A stretch of 64,000 nucleotides of DNA, taken from the NCBI GenBank assembly GCA_965223325.1, contig CBDCWI010000001.1, positions 1,824,001 to 1,888,000 of the forward strand, read 5' to 3'. The stretch's first letter is position 1. Each line of letters starts with the position of its first letter. The notes beneath the pieces are model-generated. The model saw nothing but the letters and a program-made list of their open reading frames with translations, did no database searches and was not told where the DNA came from. Both the position numbers and the translations under genes were made by a program. Shown here one piece after another: positions 1 through 8,377 of this stretch. This stretch comes from Candidatus Multivoradales bacterium (GTDB lineage: Bacteria > Acidobacteriota > Thermoanaerobaculia > Multivoradales > Multivoraceae).

Positions 1-586
1 AGGGGCGGGCGGGAACGGTCGTTTCCGCGCCGGCAGCGCCAGGAGAAGCGCTCGCCGAACGACCCTCACTGGCTATCAACCGAAAGCGCCCCGCGAGGCT
101 CACGTCGCCTATGCCCTCGATGGTTTCGTTGCGATGATGAATGCTGGTGAACTCGGAACGTATGGCGCCGGTTTCATCTTCGAAGGCCGCTCGAGTTTCG
201 ACGCTGCGCAGTGGTACCTGAACCTCCAGGGCCGCCCGCTCGGTCAGGGCGTAGCTGCCGCGCACGACAACGGTGTCGAGCGACAGATCAACGTGATGGA
301 CACGCGGCTGGTCTACGAGCGGCACGCCCGGCTCGTACTGGTCAGGATCGACCCCGTGCGACGTCTCGACGCGAGTCGACAGCCACGTCAAATCGAGCCG
401 GAAAGCTCCGGGTTCGAGATCGACCGAGAGATGCGTCCCTCCAGCCTGGAGGTTGGGGTTCGTTCAGGCGGTTCAACCACTCGACGCCCAGGCAGCTGGA
501 ATCAGCTGGACGAGTGCCAGGGCGACGAGGATCGGCAGAGCCGCTTTCCGCCGCGAGGGCAACGAGGGCGAGGGGGTTCTTCTCAA
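1..586 (-). CDS. Putative exported selenoprotein with UxxU motif; probable outer-membrane beta-barrel/transporter (3' end runs off the window)
   Basis: Manual translation. TTG start at 586 overlaps the upstream stop (TTGA). Signal peptide MRRTPSPSLPSRRKAALPILVALALVQLIPAAWA, then SSG-TGA(475-473)-T-A-TGA(466-464)-TNPNLQAGG. The frame stays open to base 1, with amphipathic beta-strand patterns (FRLDLTWLST, VVVRGSYAL, LEVQVPL), HH motifs and IHHRNETIEGIGDVSLAGRFRL. A SECIS-like hairpin lies at 438-452. Confidence 0.75.
438..452 (-). promoter_or_regulatory. Putative bacterial SECIS element for the UxxU gene
   Basis: mRNA CCUCCA-GGC-UGGAGG: a 6-bp perfect stem with a G-containing apical loop, starting +12 nt after the second UGA (+21 after the first). 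Confidence 0.65.
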
Positions 587-1281
587 CGCCTCGCCTTCTC
601 GATCAGGCGGTCGAGCTTCTCGAAGTCGAGACCGGAAACGAACCCGACGCGGCGCGGGCCCTTCTTCTCGTGCAGATGCCAGACCTCGACATAGGGCAAA
701 CCCGAGACTTTGGTGAGGTAGCGCTTGGCGACCTCGGAGTCCCAGTCGACGACGTTGAGCTTGCGAACGGCCAGGCTGGGGTCTTTCCCGACTCGTTCGA
801 TCAGTCCGCGGTCGAGTTCGCGGCAAGGGCCACACCACTCGGCCCAGAAATCGAAGATGACGACCTTGCCAGCGGTAACCTCGGGCTCGATATCGGCGTC
901 CTTGCCGTCGCGCGACAGCCAGGCCACGTCGGCGTCTTTTGGAAAGTCTGCGGGCGGCAGGTAGAAGCCCTTGCCCTTCCCGACCACGACCTCTACACCG
1001 GGGTCGGCTGCGGCGACCGCTTCCGCGATGAGTGAATCAACCGACAGCAGGCTGTCGTCGAAATCGACCAACACTTCAGCCGCCTTCAAATCGAAAGACG
1101 CGGCGTTGACTCCCGAAAGAGCTTCGAGTTGCGCGACGACCGCCGCGCCGCAGCTCTGTCAGTCGAGCGCCCGCAAAGAGAGCGTTACCTCACGGGCCGC
1201 CAGGGGCCAAGAGACCGCGAAGAACAGGATGGCTGCGACACCGGCGCGAACTCGCGCAGGGTTCAAGATGGAGACCGACAT
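583..1281 (-). CDS. Putative exported selenoprotein: HMA (heavy-metal-associated, UxxC) domain fused to thioredoxin (WCGPC), 232 aa
   Basis: ORFs 1159..1347 and 583..1089 are in the same frame, separated only by TGA at 1161-1159. Readthrough gives signal peptide MSVSILNPARVRAGVAAILFFAVSWPLAA, then REVTLSLRALD-U-QSC-GAAVVAQLEALSGVNAASFDLKAAEVLVDFD (MerP/CopZ-like GMxCxxC pattern), then thioredoxin GKVVIFDFWAEWCGPC. GAGG RBS precedes ATG 1281. Confidence 0.85.
1131..1148 (-). promoter_or_regulatory. Putative bacterial SECIS element for the HMA-thioredoxin gene
   Basis: mRNA GCGCGGC-GGUC-GUCGCGC: a 7-bp stem at +11..+28 after UGA with a GGUC loop at +18..+21, similar to the E. coli fdhF SECIS loop in sequence and spacing. 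Confidence 0.75.
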
Positions 1282-1662
1282 TCTTGGGACCTCGTATTGG
1301 GACCGCCTCGCGAACTTACCGGCGACGCAGAGCGATTGGAGCGGCAAGACGGACGTTTAGCCTAGCCGATCTACGGCGCGCTCTGAATCGCTGACTGGTG
1401 GTTCGCATGGCGGCGCGGCGGGGCGTGTTCCCGGCGAAGGCGCCGGAGACAGTGCCTGCTAGGCTGTCCCAACGTTCGAGAGTTTCAGTCGGTCGGTCCA
1501 CGGTTGATCGTGGTTTCCGATGCACGCCTCTCAGTCGACAGCTCGCGAGAAGCAACGCGGAGCACGCCTGAGAGCGCTGGCTCCATGTTCTCCTTTGCTC
1601 TTTGACCGTCTGGTTCTTCTACGCCCTCTCCGGAGGCCACCATTCGATCAGGAGTCTGAACC

Positions 1663-4600
1663 ATGAGAACACCAACCGCCCCCTGCCGCTCCACCTTCGC
1701 TTCCCTCTCTGCTCGCGCAGTGGTTCTCGCGGTTCTCGGGCTCAGCCTCCTCGTCGTCGGCCAGCCGGCATTCGCCCAGACCGCCGGCTCGATCGAGGGT
1801 GCGGTCACCAGCGTCGACGGGGCCGCCATCCTAGGGGCAACGGTGACCCTGTCAGGTGAGGCGCTCCAGGGGCCACCGCTGGTGGCGACCACGGGTGCCG
1901 ACGGGCGCTACCGCCTTTCGCCGGTACCGGCCGGGACCTATGAACTGGCCGTCGAGTCGAGTGACGGGAGCTTCACGCGACCCGAGGTGATCGTGGGTGT
2001 CAACGCTTCGCTCACCATCGACTGGACCGTCGGCCAGCAAGACACCCTCACGGTCATCGGCGAGGCTCCCCTGATCGAGGTCACCCGCTCCGACTTGGCC
2101 TCACGGGTGCCCCAGCAGGCGATCGAAAACCTGCCGCTCAACGGCCGCAACGTCGAAGACCTCGTCAACCTGGTCCCGGGCGTCAAGCCCAACCCAGCCG
2201 GCGTTGCCGACCAGCAGTTCTCGATCTTCGGTGAACGGGCAGCCGCCACCTCATTCATCGTCGATGGCGCCGATAACAACGACCCGCTCGACGGCGGCGC
2301 CTTCCAGCGCTACTCACAGGACTCGATCCAGGAGTTCGAGGTCATCACCACAGGCTACGAGGCCGAGTTCGGCAAGGCCCAGGGGGGCGTGGTCAACGTG
2401 CTCACACGCTCCGGTGGCAACGACCTCAAGGGCTCGCTCTTCTACTTCATGCGCAATGACTCCTGGGACTCTTCGAACGTCTCCGGACAAGAAGTCCCCA
2501 AGCTCGAGCGCGACCAGTATGGAGCCTCGCTCGGAGGCCGTCTGGTCGAGGACCGCGCCTACTACTTCGTTTCGGCTGAGCTGCTCGACGAGAAGCGCGG
2601 CCGCAACCTCGACTTTTCCCAGGTGCCGTCCTGGGTGCAGAACGGCCTCGCCACGCCTGGTTCTCTCAGCGAGAACTTCGGCCTCGGCCCAGAGGACGAA
2701 GGTCTGGTGGCGCTCGGCAAGATCGACCTCGTGCCCAACGACTCACACCGCCTCTCCTTCAGCTATAACCGCACCGATGACGAAGCCGCGGGCGAGATCC
2801 CCAGCGGCATCGCCGGCTCGATCGTCATGCCCAGCGGCGCTCGCACCCAGGACCGCGCGTCCGACAGCTTCACTCTGCGCGACACCTGGATCGCTGGACC
2901 GTCGATGTTTCTCGAATCGAACGCCAAGTACCTCGACGGCACGACCGGCAGCAACCTCGACCGTGCGGACCGCGGCGAGACCGTGCTGCTTCTCTTGCGC
3001 TCTGGATTCATTCAGACTGGCGCGCCGGTCGGCGGTCGCTCGGAGCGCAACATCGAGCGCCTGCAGATCGCACAGGACTTCACCTGGATCCCGCAGGGCG
3101 CAACCAACCACACGTTCAAGTTCGGCTGGGACTACACCGACACCACGCTCGACGGTTTCAACGAGGTCTGGAACGATGTCGAGTATTCGGCGGCGTTCCT
3201 CAACCCGAACGCGGCCGGCGTGATGCAGGACCTGTTCTCGCGTTTCGGCTTCGAGCAGTCGGCCGCACGCTTCTTCAACCTCTCGGCCAACCCCGACGGT
3301 CGCTTAAACCTCGATATCTCGAACGAGGACGTTGGCGTCTTCGCTCAGGACCAGTGGCAGGTGGCCGACAACGTCACCGTCAACCTCGGCCTCCGGTGGG
3401 ATCGTGCCAGCCTCTTCGGCGACGACGAAGACAACTTCGGCCCGCGCGCCGGCATCACCTGGGATATCAGCGGTGACTACCGCACGATCCTCAAGGCCTC
3501 GGCAGGCATCTTCCACGATCGCAACGCCCTCGCCGCAGCGGCCGGGGTCCCCTCAAAGGGTGGCATCTTCACTCGCAACGCCTTCGACGTCGCCCTGCCA
3601 ACACTGGGCTACGACTACTCCGACTCGCTGATCGATCTAGTCATCACCTCGGGGTTCCCGATCGGCGGCGGAGCGCGCTCGCCGGCAGAGAACCCGTCCT
3701 ATCGCGCCTTCGCTGACGCCCTGCGCGCCAACCCGCTGGCGCTCTACGACATCCTCGGCATCGCAGTCAGCGATCCATCGCGTCCGCCAACCGTGACCGC
3801 CGACAACATCCAGGCGCTTTCGGGCATGTCTCCCGACCAGGCGGTCAACCTGCTCGAAACCATGTGGCCGGGCACCGACTGGGCGTTCTTCGATGTGCCG
3901 GGCGGCTCCATTCTCGGTGACCGGGTGCTTTCGTTCCTACCTCGCGGCCCGTTGAGCACCAGTCGCAACGTCCAGGTCTACGACCGTGACGAAACGCCCA
4001 TGACCACGGCCTTCACGATCGGCGTCGAGCACCAGTGGGGCCCTGACATCACGCTGGGTCTCGCCTACGTCCACCGTGAGACCGAGGATCTACTGACGCA
4101 GCGCATCGTCAACCTCTTCGACGCCCAACCGGGCGATCCCAACTTCGGCCAAACGACCGATGGCGGAGCGCGCATCACTCAGGTGGGCTACGACGGCTTC
4201 ATCGACTACGACGGCGTGGTCCTGAGCGTGCGGCGCCCGTTCCGAGATCGCTACGGCTTCTCCTTGTCCTATACCTGGTCGGACGCCGAAGACAACCTTC
4301 TCACCGGCAACGTCGGCTCAGGCTTCAGCAACAACAACCATCCCGAGTTCGACATCGGCGAGTCCAACCTGTCGGCACCGAACGTCGCGGTCGCAAGCAT
4401 CACTTCGCTTCTACCGCTCGACTTCCGGGTCAGCGCCGTCTTGTTCCATCGAGATGGCAACGCCTTCTCACCGCGCGGCATCGTCGACACCGACGGCGAC
4501 GGGCTCGTCGACCAGCGCGACCTTTCCGTTCCACGCAACTCCTTCCGGGTCGATGACTTCACGTCGCTTGACATTCGCCTAGAGAAGCCCTTCCAGCTAC

Positions 4601-4767
4601 CGGACGGCTACGAGATCAACCTGTTGATCGACGTCTTCAACGTCACCAACGAGCGCAACGTGGCAAACGTCAACCCAGTCTCAGGACCAGACTTCGGAAC
4701 TCCCAACGAGTTCTTCCCGGGCCGCGAGATCCAGGCAGGCGTGCGTTTCTACATCGGCGGTCGCTGA
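1663..4767 (+). CDS. TonB-dependent receptor (Oar-like) with N-terminal carboxypeptidase-regulatory-like domain
   Basis: Signal peptide (AFA-Q), GSIEGAVT..GATVTL domain, LPLNGRN plug motif, DSIQEFEVITTGYEAEFG, FAQDQWQV..NLGLRWD, C-terminal PGREIQAGVRFY. AGGAG RBS. Confidence 0.93.
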   Translation: MRTPTAPCRSTFASLSARAVVLAVLGLSLLVVGQPAFAQTAGSIEGAVTSVDGAAILGATVTLSGEALQGPPLVATTGADGRYRLSPVPAGTYELAVESSDGSFTRPEVIVGVNASLTIDWTVGQQDTLTVIGEAPLIEVTRSDLASRVPQQAIENLPLNGRNVEDLVNLVPGVKPNPAGVADQQFSIFGERAAATSFIVDGADNNDPLDGGAFQRYSQDSIQEFEVITTGYEAEFGKAQGGVVNVLTRSGGNDLKGSLFYFMRNDSWDSSNVSGQEVPKLERDQYGASLGGRLVEDRAYYFVSAELLDEKRGRNLDFSQVPSWVQNGLATPGSLSENFGLGPEDEGLVALGKIDLVPNDSHRLSFSYNRTDDEAAGEIPSGIAGSIVMPSGARTQDRASDSFTLRDTWIAGPSMFLESNAKYLDGTTGSNLDRADRGETVLLLLRSGFIQTGAPVGGRSERNIERLQIAQDFTWIPQGATNHTFKFGWDYTDTTLDGFNEVWNDVEYSAAFLNPNAAGVMQDLFSRFGFEQSAARFFNLSANPDGRLNLDISNEDVGVFAQDQWQVADNVTVNLGLRWDRASLFGDDEDNFGPRAGITWDISGDYRTILKASAGIFHDRNALAAAAGVPSKGGIFTRNAFDVALPTLGYDYSDSLIDLVITSGFPIGGGARSPAENPSYRAFADALRANPLALYDILGIAVSDPSRPPTVTADNIQALSGMSPDQAVNLLETMWPGTDWAFFDVPGGSILGDRVLSFLPRGPLSTSRNVQVYDRDETPMTTAFTIGVEHQWGPDITLGLAYVHRETEDLLTQRIVNLFDAQPGDPNFGQTTDGGARITQVGYDGFIDYDGVVLSVRRPFRDRYGFSLSYTWSDAEDNLLTGNVGSGFSNNNHPEFDIGESNLSAPNVAVASITSLLPLDFRVSAVLFHRDGNAFSPRGIVDTDGDGLVDQRDLSVPRNSFRVDDFTSLDIRLEKPFQLPDGYEINLLIDVFNVTNERNVANVNPVSGPDFGTPNEFFPGREIQAGVRFYIGGR

Positions 4768-4870
4768 GACGTCGGGCTCTGAAGCGGCGGGCGCTGCGGC
4801 AGCTCTGACGCCGCAGAGTCCGGCACACCTCTCCGACGATTTCGAGACTCGCATGAAACCTTCTCCAAGT

Positions 4871-4888
4871 TAGTTCGTACTAGAACCA
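4871..4888. promoter_or_regulatory. Candidate MarR operator 1
   Basis: TAGTTCGTACTAGAACCA is an AT-rich imperfect inverted repeat (GTTC-N6-GAAC) upstream of marR; it resembles the site at 5442-5459. Confidence 0.45.
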
Positions 4889-4924
4889 TCTGAGGACGGC
4901 CATCGCCGTCGTGGAAGAAGGTAT

Positions 4925-5395
4925 ATGGCACCACGATCTCCAAAGACGTTCACCTCGCAAGAAGCGCGCGGGGAGTCCTTTGTACCGGTCATGAGGGAGT
5001 TGGTGCGTGCCTATCAGGCGTTCGAGATGTTCGATTCGCGGCTTTTACGCTCGCAGGGGCTGACCACTTGTCAGGCCGACGTTCTCTTTACGCTGGGCAA
5101 CACCAGCGGCATGTCCTTCAAGGAGCTTGGCGAACGCACGCTGATCACCAAGGGCACTCTCACCGGCGTGGTCGATCGCATGGCTGCTAAAGGACTCGTT
5201 GTGCGTCGACCGTCGCCTGAGGACGGGCGAAGCACGATTGCCCTTCTCACTCGCAAGGGCGAGCGCCTCTTCGAGGAGCGTTTCCCGGCCCACATCGCCC
5301 GCCTCAAAGAGCGATTCGATCGCCTGTCGAAGCGTGAACTCGACCAGTCTCTGGAGACCCTCGAACGCCTGCGGGCAATCTTTGACGCTGACTGA
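4925..5395 (+). CDS. MarR family transcriptional regulator
   Basis: GLTTCQADVLFTL, winged HTH ITKGTLTGVVDRMAAKGLVVR, and DGRSTIALLTRKG. Confidence 0.92.
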   Translation: MAPRSPKTFTSQEARGESFVPVMRELVRAYQAFEMFDSRLLRSQGLTTCQADVLFTLGNTSGMSFKELGERTLITKGTLTGVVDRMAAKGLVVRRPSPEDGRSTIALLTRKGERLFEERFPAHIARLKERFDRLSKRELDQSLETLERLRAIFDAD

Positions 5396-5441
5396 GTCCG
5401 TTCCCGAGTTCGGTCGCACTCTCGCTCTCCTTTTCAACAAA

Positions 5442-5459
5442 TAGTACTAGTTAGTAGTA
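5442..5459. promoter_or_regulatory. Candidate MarR operator 2
   Basis: TAGTACTAGTTAGTAGTA contains the inverted repeat TACTA-GT-TAGTA, in the AT-rich gap before the SnoaL gene. Confidence 0.45.
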
Positions 5460-5493
5460 ACTCCCAACGAACAAACAACGAAAGGAAGACCCC

Positions 5494-5859
5494 ATGTCAA
5501 AAACAACCAGGCATGACCAGCAGCTGAACAAGATGGTCCTCGAGGGCCGTGCTCTCGAGGCCTTCGAGCGCTTCTACGCCGAAGACGTTGCGATGCGTGA
5601 GAACTCGCAGCCACCGACAGTCGGCAAGGACGCGAACCGCAGGCGTGAAGAAGAGTTCTTCGCTTCGATCGATCAAGTTCACACCCTGGAGCTCGTCTCG
5701 AGTGCCACGGCCGGCGACCTGAGCCTGTCGGAGTGGATCTGGGACCTGACCTTCAAAGGAGGTGATCGGGCGCGCATCGAGCAGGCGGTGAGTCGCCGGT
5801 GGCGAGACGGCCAAGTGGCCGAAGAGCGCTTCTACTACGAGGCCGGACAGCCTGCCTGA
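5494..5859 (+). CDS. SnoaL/NTF2-like domain protein
   Basis: EAFERFYAEDVAMREN..VGKDANR..RWRDGQVAEERFYY. AAGGA RBS. Confidence 0.85.
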   Translation: MSKTTRHDQQLNKMVLEGRALEAFERFYAEDVAMRENSQPPTVGKDANRRREEEFFASIDQVHTLELVSSATAGDLSLSEWIWDLTFKGGDRARIEQAVSRRWRDGQVAEERFYYEAGQPA

Positions 5860-5910
5860 GGCGTCACACCGAACCAATCCTCATAGGACTGAAACGAAAG
5901 GAAGCTCGAC

Positions 5911-6384
5911 ATGACCGACACAACAGAATCCGCACCCGCTCATCGCATCGCCCCAGACGATCTCGGTCTGGCGCTCATCCGCCTGATCCTCGGAGTCGTC
6001 TTCGCCTTTCATGGAGCTCAAAAGCTCTTTGGTTGGTTCGGGGGCTTCGGCATCGACGGCACGGCGCAGTTCTTCTCTGGCATCGGCCTTCCGCTTCCGA
6101 CGCTCAGCGCCTACCTGGCTGGGGGCGTGGAGCTCTTCGGGGGACTCCTTGTGATGGCAGGTCTCTTGACCCGCACGAGCGCAGCCGCAACAGCCTTCAC
6201 GATGTTCGTCGCCTCGTTCACGGCACACAGTGGCTTTGCGACCGCCAACAACGGGATGGAGTTCCCTCTCACCCTCGCCCTGGTGTCTGTTGCCCTGGTG
6301 CTGACCGGACCGGGGCGCCTCACGGTGGCATCGCTGGCGCTAGCGAGAGACCGTCAACAGGCGATCTCACGGGCAACGGTGTAA
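5911..6384 (+). CDS. DoxX family membrane protein
   Basis: RLILGVVFAFHGAQKLFGWFGG, ELFGGLL and NGMEFPL..GPGRL motifs. Confidence 0.92.
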   Translation: MTDTTESAPAHRIAPDDLGLALIRLILGVVFAFHGAQKLFGWFGGFGIDGTAQFFSGIGLPLPTLSAYLAGGVELFGGLLVMAGLLTRTSAAATAFTMFVASFTAHSGFATANNGMEFPLTLALVSVALVLTGPGRLTVASLALARDRQQAISRATV

Positions 6385-6457
6385 CTCAGCGCTCAGGCGA
6401 CTTCGGGCACCTCGCCCCCACGATGTGCCCGAAGGCCGCCCGTTCGCCTCGCGCGAC

Positions 6458-8245
6458 TCAGTGCTCGTTGCTCGTTTCTCTGGCGGCCCGGCCGGTCGAC
6501 GCGCTCGACAGGCGCTGGCGCTCGAAAACCCGTCGCTCGCCGACTTCCGGTAAGGCGAACGGCGCAAAGGAAAGGGCCCCGTCCATCTGCAACCACAGGT
6601 AGCTCTCTGCTTCGAGCGCCCGCGGAAACTCGTAGTCGACGACCAGGGGTTGGCCACGCCGGTCGACCTCCTGGATCACGACATCGAAGTTCTCGAGGTC
6701 GACCTCGTCGCCAGGGGCAAAGGGCCGGCCGGTATCGCGAAACAGAAAAAACGGGAAGCCGCCGTCTGGCGCGACCCGCAGGGTCCGCTCGCCGGGGCGT
6801 TCGACGACGACCCGGACTGGCAGGCCCCGGTTGGATGAAAGCGCGTGGCTCGCGGCCGGAACCGGCAGGTCATGTAGCTCCCGGTAGATCCAGGAGTAGG
6901 TCGGAACGAAGTAGTTTGGTGAGTCGACGATGAAAGCGACCCTGTTCTCGACTTCTGCTGGATATTCCTGTGCCGTGAAGGCGGCCCCCATCGCACGCGA
7001 TCCCACGCCCAGACCTGCTGCGACCAGCAAGAAGACCAGCGGCGCTACAACCAGGTGCAGGCCGCCGAAGAGCCCAGTGAGCAAGCGGGCGTGACTCGAC
7101 CTGAGTGAGGCCAAGAGCTCGGCGAGGAGTGCGGCCCCGCCAATCCCGGCGAAGACCAACAAGCGACCGGCAGGAAAGGTCGCCGCCGCCGGTACCAGCG
7201 ACAGGAGCATGCCGAGGCCCCAGAACTTCGCTAGCGCCGACTCGCGCAGAACTCTTCGCAGGAGGAACAGGGTGCCCACCGAGAGCACCAGGGCCACCGT
7301 CCAGTGAACGACCTTTCCGGCAGGGGAATGGAAGTGAAACGGCTCGGCCGGCAGGTTGGTCAGCTGAGCAGCCAGCAAGACAGGAATTCGCGCCACCGCA
7401 GCGACCAGGAAGCGCACCGGCGAAACACCCGGGTCGACGTAGACCTCGGAGCCCAGGGCGCCGAAACCCATGGCGCGATAGGCCAGCCGCCACACCAGGA
7501 CGATGGCCGCATACGGCACCAGCGAGAGTGCACGCACCCGCCACGCGCCCTTCTCGAGGAAAAGGGCATAGCCGACGAGGTAGCCCAGGACGGCGAGCGC
7601 CCCCTCGTTGGCGAGCAGCGCAAGCGCCAAGGCGCCACCCGCCAGAACGGCGCCACGAGACCCGCCCTCGTCTCGCCAACGATGATGCAAGACAAGGCAG
7701 AGGAGCCCCAGAACGAGTCCGAGCAGCGCATTCCGGTTGGCGAGCCAAGCCACGGGCATGGCGTGCGCTTCATCGACGACGAACAGGAGCGTCGAAAGGC
7801 CAGCGCTCGCGCCACCGCCGCCGAGTCGCCTGTAGAGCACCATCGCCAGCACGATGGCAACGCAGTACCAGCCAAGACTCTGCGCGTGCATGAGCATCGC
7901 CTGTTCCGCCCATAGTGCATCGTCAACGACGTGCGTCAGAACGGTCACCGGGCGCCAGAAGTCGAGCAGGATGTCTTCCGCAGTCCACCACGGGAAGAAC
8001 CCACTCTCGATTGCACCTCGATTGAGCTCGAGATCGCCGCTCGTGAAGGTGAACATCCGGGCCGGCGAGGTCATGAACTGCGAAACCACACCTACGCCTT
8101 GAAAGGCCGAGCGGTGGGTCAGGTCGTCGAGGAACCATCCTCCCCAGAGCGACGGCAGGCCGAGCAGGATCCCGAGCGCAATGAAGGTGAACGAACCCCG
8201 TAGGAAAGGCCTGCCTGGAGTGCCCATTCGATCGTTTCTCGCCAT
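6458..8245 (-). CDS. Polytopic membrane protein, possible GT-C-fold glycosyltransferase
   Basis: An N-terminal TM is followed by a loop with WFLDD, then FWRPVT, VAWLANR and LLANE motifs, about 11-13 hydrophobic segments and a soluble C-terminal domain. Start is uncertain (8260/8245/8227). Confidence 0.55.
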   Translation of the reverse strand: MARNDRMGTPGRPFLRGSFTFIALGILLGLPSLWGGWFLDDLTHRSAFQGVGVVSQFMTSPARMFTFTSGDLELNRGAIESGFFPWWTAEDILLDFWRPVTVLTHVVDDALWAEQAMLMHAQSLGWYCVAIVLAMVLYRRLGGGGASAGLSTLLFVVDEAHAMPVAWLANRNALLGLVLGLLCLVLHHRWRDEGGSRGAVLAGGALALALLANEGALAVLGYLVGYALFLEKGAWRVRALSLVPYAAIVLVWRLAYRAMGFGALGSEVYVDPGVSPVRFLVAAVARIPVLLAAQLTNLPAEPFHFHSPAGKVVHWTVALVLSVGTLFLLRRVLRESALAKFWGLGMLLSLVPAAATFPAGRLLVFAGIGGAALLAELLASLRSSHARLLTGLFGGLHLVVAPLVFLLVAAGLGVGSRAMGAAFTAQEYPAEVENRVAFIVDSPNYFVPTYSWIYRELHDLPVPAASHALSSNRGLPVRVVVERPGERTLRVAPDGGFPFFLFRDTGRPFAPGDEVDLENFDVVIQEVDRRGQPLVVDYEFPRALEAESYLWLQMDGALSFAPFALPEVGERRVFERQRLSSASTGRAARETSNEH

Positions 8246-8377
8246 GTTGTGGTCGGCCACGCGCCCCCTTCCTAGGCGAGAAGGGTACTGGACCGAGACC
8301 CGCCTGCCTCGAAGCCCGCGATAGGCTCGACGTCAAGCGTCCCACAGTCAAAGCTCCCGAACCGAAAGGAGAACCCT

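Noticed and set aside
134-1035. Plus-strand ORFs 134..694 and 211..1035
   Set aside because: They are antisense shadows of the two minus-strand selenoprotein genes and show no recognisable motifs.
1380-1660. Known riboswitch (cobalamin, TPP, glycine, guanidine, ZTP) before the TonB receptor
   Set aside because: Only scattered short matches (CGAAGG, CTCTCAG, GCTAGG), with no complete consensus in the right order.
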